Assembly (NCBI GenBank): GCA_030390025.1
Contig: CM059432.1
Span: 134,726,001 to 134,790,000, forward strand
DNA from: Squalus acanthias
Taxonomy: Eukaryota
DNA: 64,000 nucleotides
Direction of reading: 5' to 3'
Each line of letters opens with the position of its first letter. The stretch's first letter is position 1. Below are positions 61,517 through 64,000 of this stretch, in pieces. Below the pieces are notes generated by a model. The model saw only the letters and a program-made list of their open reading frames with translations. It was not told the DNA's origin and searched no databases. Both the position numbers and the translations under genes were made by a program.

Positions 61517-62493
61517 TGCTATCTATCTGGAACTCTTGCTTGTGCTTCTCCTTCTACTTGTTGGGGCAGCTGCAGATCCAACAGCCTGGACAATGAGGTG
61601 CTGTAGCATCAATGCACCTCCCCTTTAGTAGTGGAAAAAGCCTGTGACACGCACGACTGTGAATTAGACTGGACCCAATTATTTGTCCACCTGTTGAACG
61701 TTAAGCCAGTGAGCAGCAGTCTTAGCGCTGAGATCAAGAATATAATCATGTTAATGAGGACTGAGCACGAATTTTGCCTGCTACCTGGACCATTTTCAGG
61801 TGACGCAGCTTAACATCGTTTGGCCTTAACACCGCCCGTTTCATGGATGTATCCAATTTCTAGGCATCTCCATATTATACGATTTTACATAGCTAGGATA
61901 AATCAATTAAAAAAATGGCATGAGTCGCCCGTGTCTGCATGAGATTTCCTTGGTTTTAAGTCAATACAAAGTTGACCAATACACTTGCTGCCTATATTGC
62001 AATTACACTCATCAATTATTCAATGCAAATATCGATCATAAATGTGTTGTCATCATTGCATTGGCCAAACAAGTCCAGTGCCCACTGACGAGGGATGCTC
62101 CACATTACTACTTTTTGTGAATTCACCTTGGCGATAGCAGTTTGAGAATGAGACGTTAAAGCCAAGCTATCATAAAAGATATGAGAACCAAGGTAGACAC
62201 GCTTCGTTCCTGGACCATTAACTCAACGTTGTCTGCTCAGATCCTACCTATTAAAAACTATCTCCAAAGAGGCTGCTTCTACATCAAAGGAAAAACATGC
62301 TTATATTCCAGGGACGTTTTCATGATCTTCAGTCTGCTATTTGCAGCATCTCTATAAAAGTAAAGAGGCACTAGAAACTCCCTATGTGATCTTATGCATG
62401 TGCCATCGGAGACTACATTAAGAACATGTTCAGAGGAACCTTGACAATGACGGATGTTGTCTTTTTTTAAAATATCAACCCAATTTATATATA

Positions 62494-63230
62494 GGGCCGG
62501 AACTTGCGAGAGTGGTGCATCTCGTGGTGCATCTCGTGGCATGTGCTGTTAGTTAAGACTTTTTCCTGTACCCTTCAGCTCAAAACATTCTTGCGCCATA
62601 ACTTGCTGGAAGTGCGAGCTGATAATGACACGGCCAGGACAACGCAGCATGTGGAACTTTAGTGAACGTCGGGACCAACTGTCTATCTCTTTAACCATTG
62701 AGATTTGAGGATTGAGAAAGAAACAGAGGGAGGGTGGAGAAGGAAATAGGGTGAATTAGAGTCAAATTAGATACAGAAAGAGAAATAAAAAGAGAGGGAA
62801 AGAAAAAGAGTGGATTGAGGGAGATGAAAAAAAGAGACAGAAAGGAAAAGTAAGAAAAAAAATTAAATTTAAAATTTGACATTTTAAGAAAATCTCTAAC
62901 AACAATTGACTGCACGCGCAAATGACACTTTAAATTGTTCCCTTTCTGGGCCAGGGAGGTCGATTGGCATTGCATTAACAATTATCACATCATTAAAAGG
63001 CTACTTCCGCTATTAATTACCAGACTTGACTTTGTGGTAAGTTTAATGGGAAAATCCAGCGAGTTCTTAAAAATAACGAGGAGGCTAAGGCCGAGATGCC
63101 GTTTGTGTGAAGCAAATGGTGGTGCGGCGTAAATCGACCAGCAAGTTCTGGAGATTCGCAACTCATGACATATCTCTTCATCCCCTGAATTTGCTGCCCA
63201 ATTAATAATGGCATGCGTCGTTAACCAGCA
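62494..63230. mobile_element. Harbinger-type non-autonomous element related to 28543-29150 (opposite orientation); right end uncertain
   Basis: Starts GGGCCGGAACTTGC. The purine-rich block at 62760-62880 is the reverse complement of about 28880-28990. Confidence 0.65.
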
Positions 63231-64000
63231 ATGCTTGTGTGGTTATTGTACTATATTTGTGTCTTACCCCATCTTTCTGTTGAGTATTATTTTATCTGTA
63301 AACAAACCTGGACAAGTGGCTTCTGGTTGCATGCAGTGGCCGAGTGGTGTAGTATTTTGCTGCCGAGTTAATGGGAGAATGTGGTGGGCATCTCAGATAC
63401 ACTTTAATGAAATGTAGGGACCATGACAGAATCAGGAACTATTACAGCTCAACAACACTACAAATTTCGAGAGAAGTTGGAGCCCCATCAGTTATCAGCC
63501 AACTTTTGTCACTGCTCTCCTAGATCGGGCTGTCCGACTGAAGTTGCTTCAGTTAAGTGACCATTAGATGAGCAGTTCAGCAGAATTGAGAGAGCATCTC
63601 ATGGTCCTTGGGCTTTCAAAAGGCTTTATGTTGCATCTCGCACTATATTCAGGTCATGCTTTAATTGATTTTGTACTGTCGCCTCCTCTTGCAAAAAAAA
63701 CACACCGACTTTAGTCATGACATGAATCTTGTCATTCATGTATGAAGTAATACTGGGCGGCCTGCTGGTGGCGCTGTCCAGGGAGAGTATAAATACCTGG
63801 GCATGGGCCCAGCTTGCTTAGGACATTCCTCAACAGGAACTGGTGAAGGACACAACTAGATCTCCATGTTGGAAAACAGTTGATTAAAGCTTTGTTTAAC
63901 GCTTAGACCAAGTGCCTAGTAGTTTTCTGACGTCAAGTCATTTAATGCGGCTGAATACTGGATTTCAGTAATCAATAGAATAGAATATGGGTGAAAAAAT

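Larger units (their letters stand above)
55473..61866. mobile_element. Full-length two-gene PIF/Harbinger transposon (decayed), with CR1 and SINE insertions
   Basis: TIR GGCCTCGAAATT versus the reverse complement of AATTTCTAGGCA. Convergent transposase (+) and Myb/SANT (-) genes. No clean TSD. Confidence 0.85.

Noticed and set aside
1-64000. CRISPR array, operon or prokaryotic defence system
   Set aside because: No regularly spaced repeat-spacer array. The sequence is spliced vertebrate DNA and the repeats are dispersed transposons.

Overview
This is eukaryotic vertebrate DNA, most likely a shark or other elasmobranch, judging by its repeats: SacSINE1-like Deu-domain SINEs, CR1/L2 LINEs and Penelope fold-backs. 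Only one host coding exon is recognisable, an internal exon of CTDP1/FCP1 (50193-50370, minus strand). Nearly the whole window therefore appears to be CTDP1 intron filled with nested transposons. Highlights: (1) A very young, intact Gypsy LTR retrotransposon (42937-47416) with apparently identical 194-bp LTRs, a 5-bp TSD and one 1316-aa ORF. It has no tRNA primer site but has an 11-nt match to its own LTR (putative self-priming), a YLDN RT motif and a duplicated PPT/U3 start. It is inserted across the predicted cleavage site of a hammerhead-ribozyme motif. (2) Two families of Penelope-derived fold-back inserts carrying minimal hammerhead motifs. (3) A complete but decayed two-gene PIF/Harbinger element (DDE transposase plus a 3-exon Myb/SANT partner), a second transposase lacking its catalytic Glu, and a swarm of MITEs with related TIRs. 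(4) A perfect 50-bp fold-back around a G-quadruplex motif. Most short ORFs in the supplied track are repeat artefacts. All calls were made by eye without database searches, and the ends of degenerate repeats are approximate.
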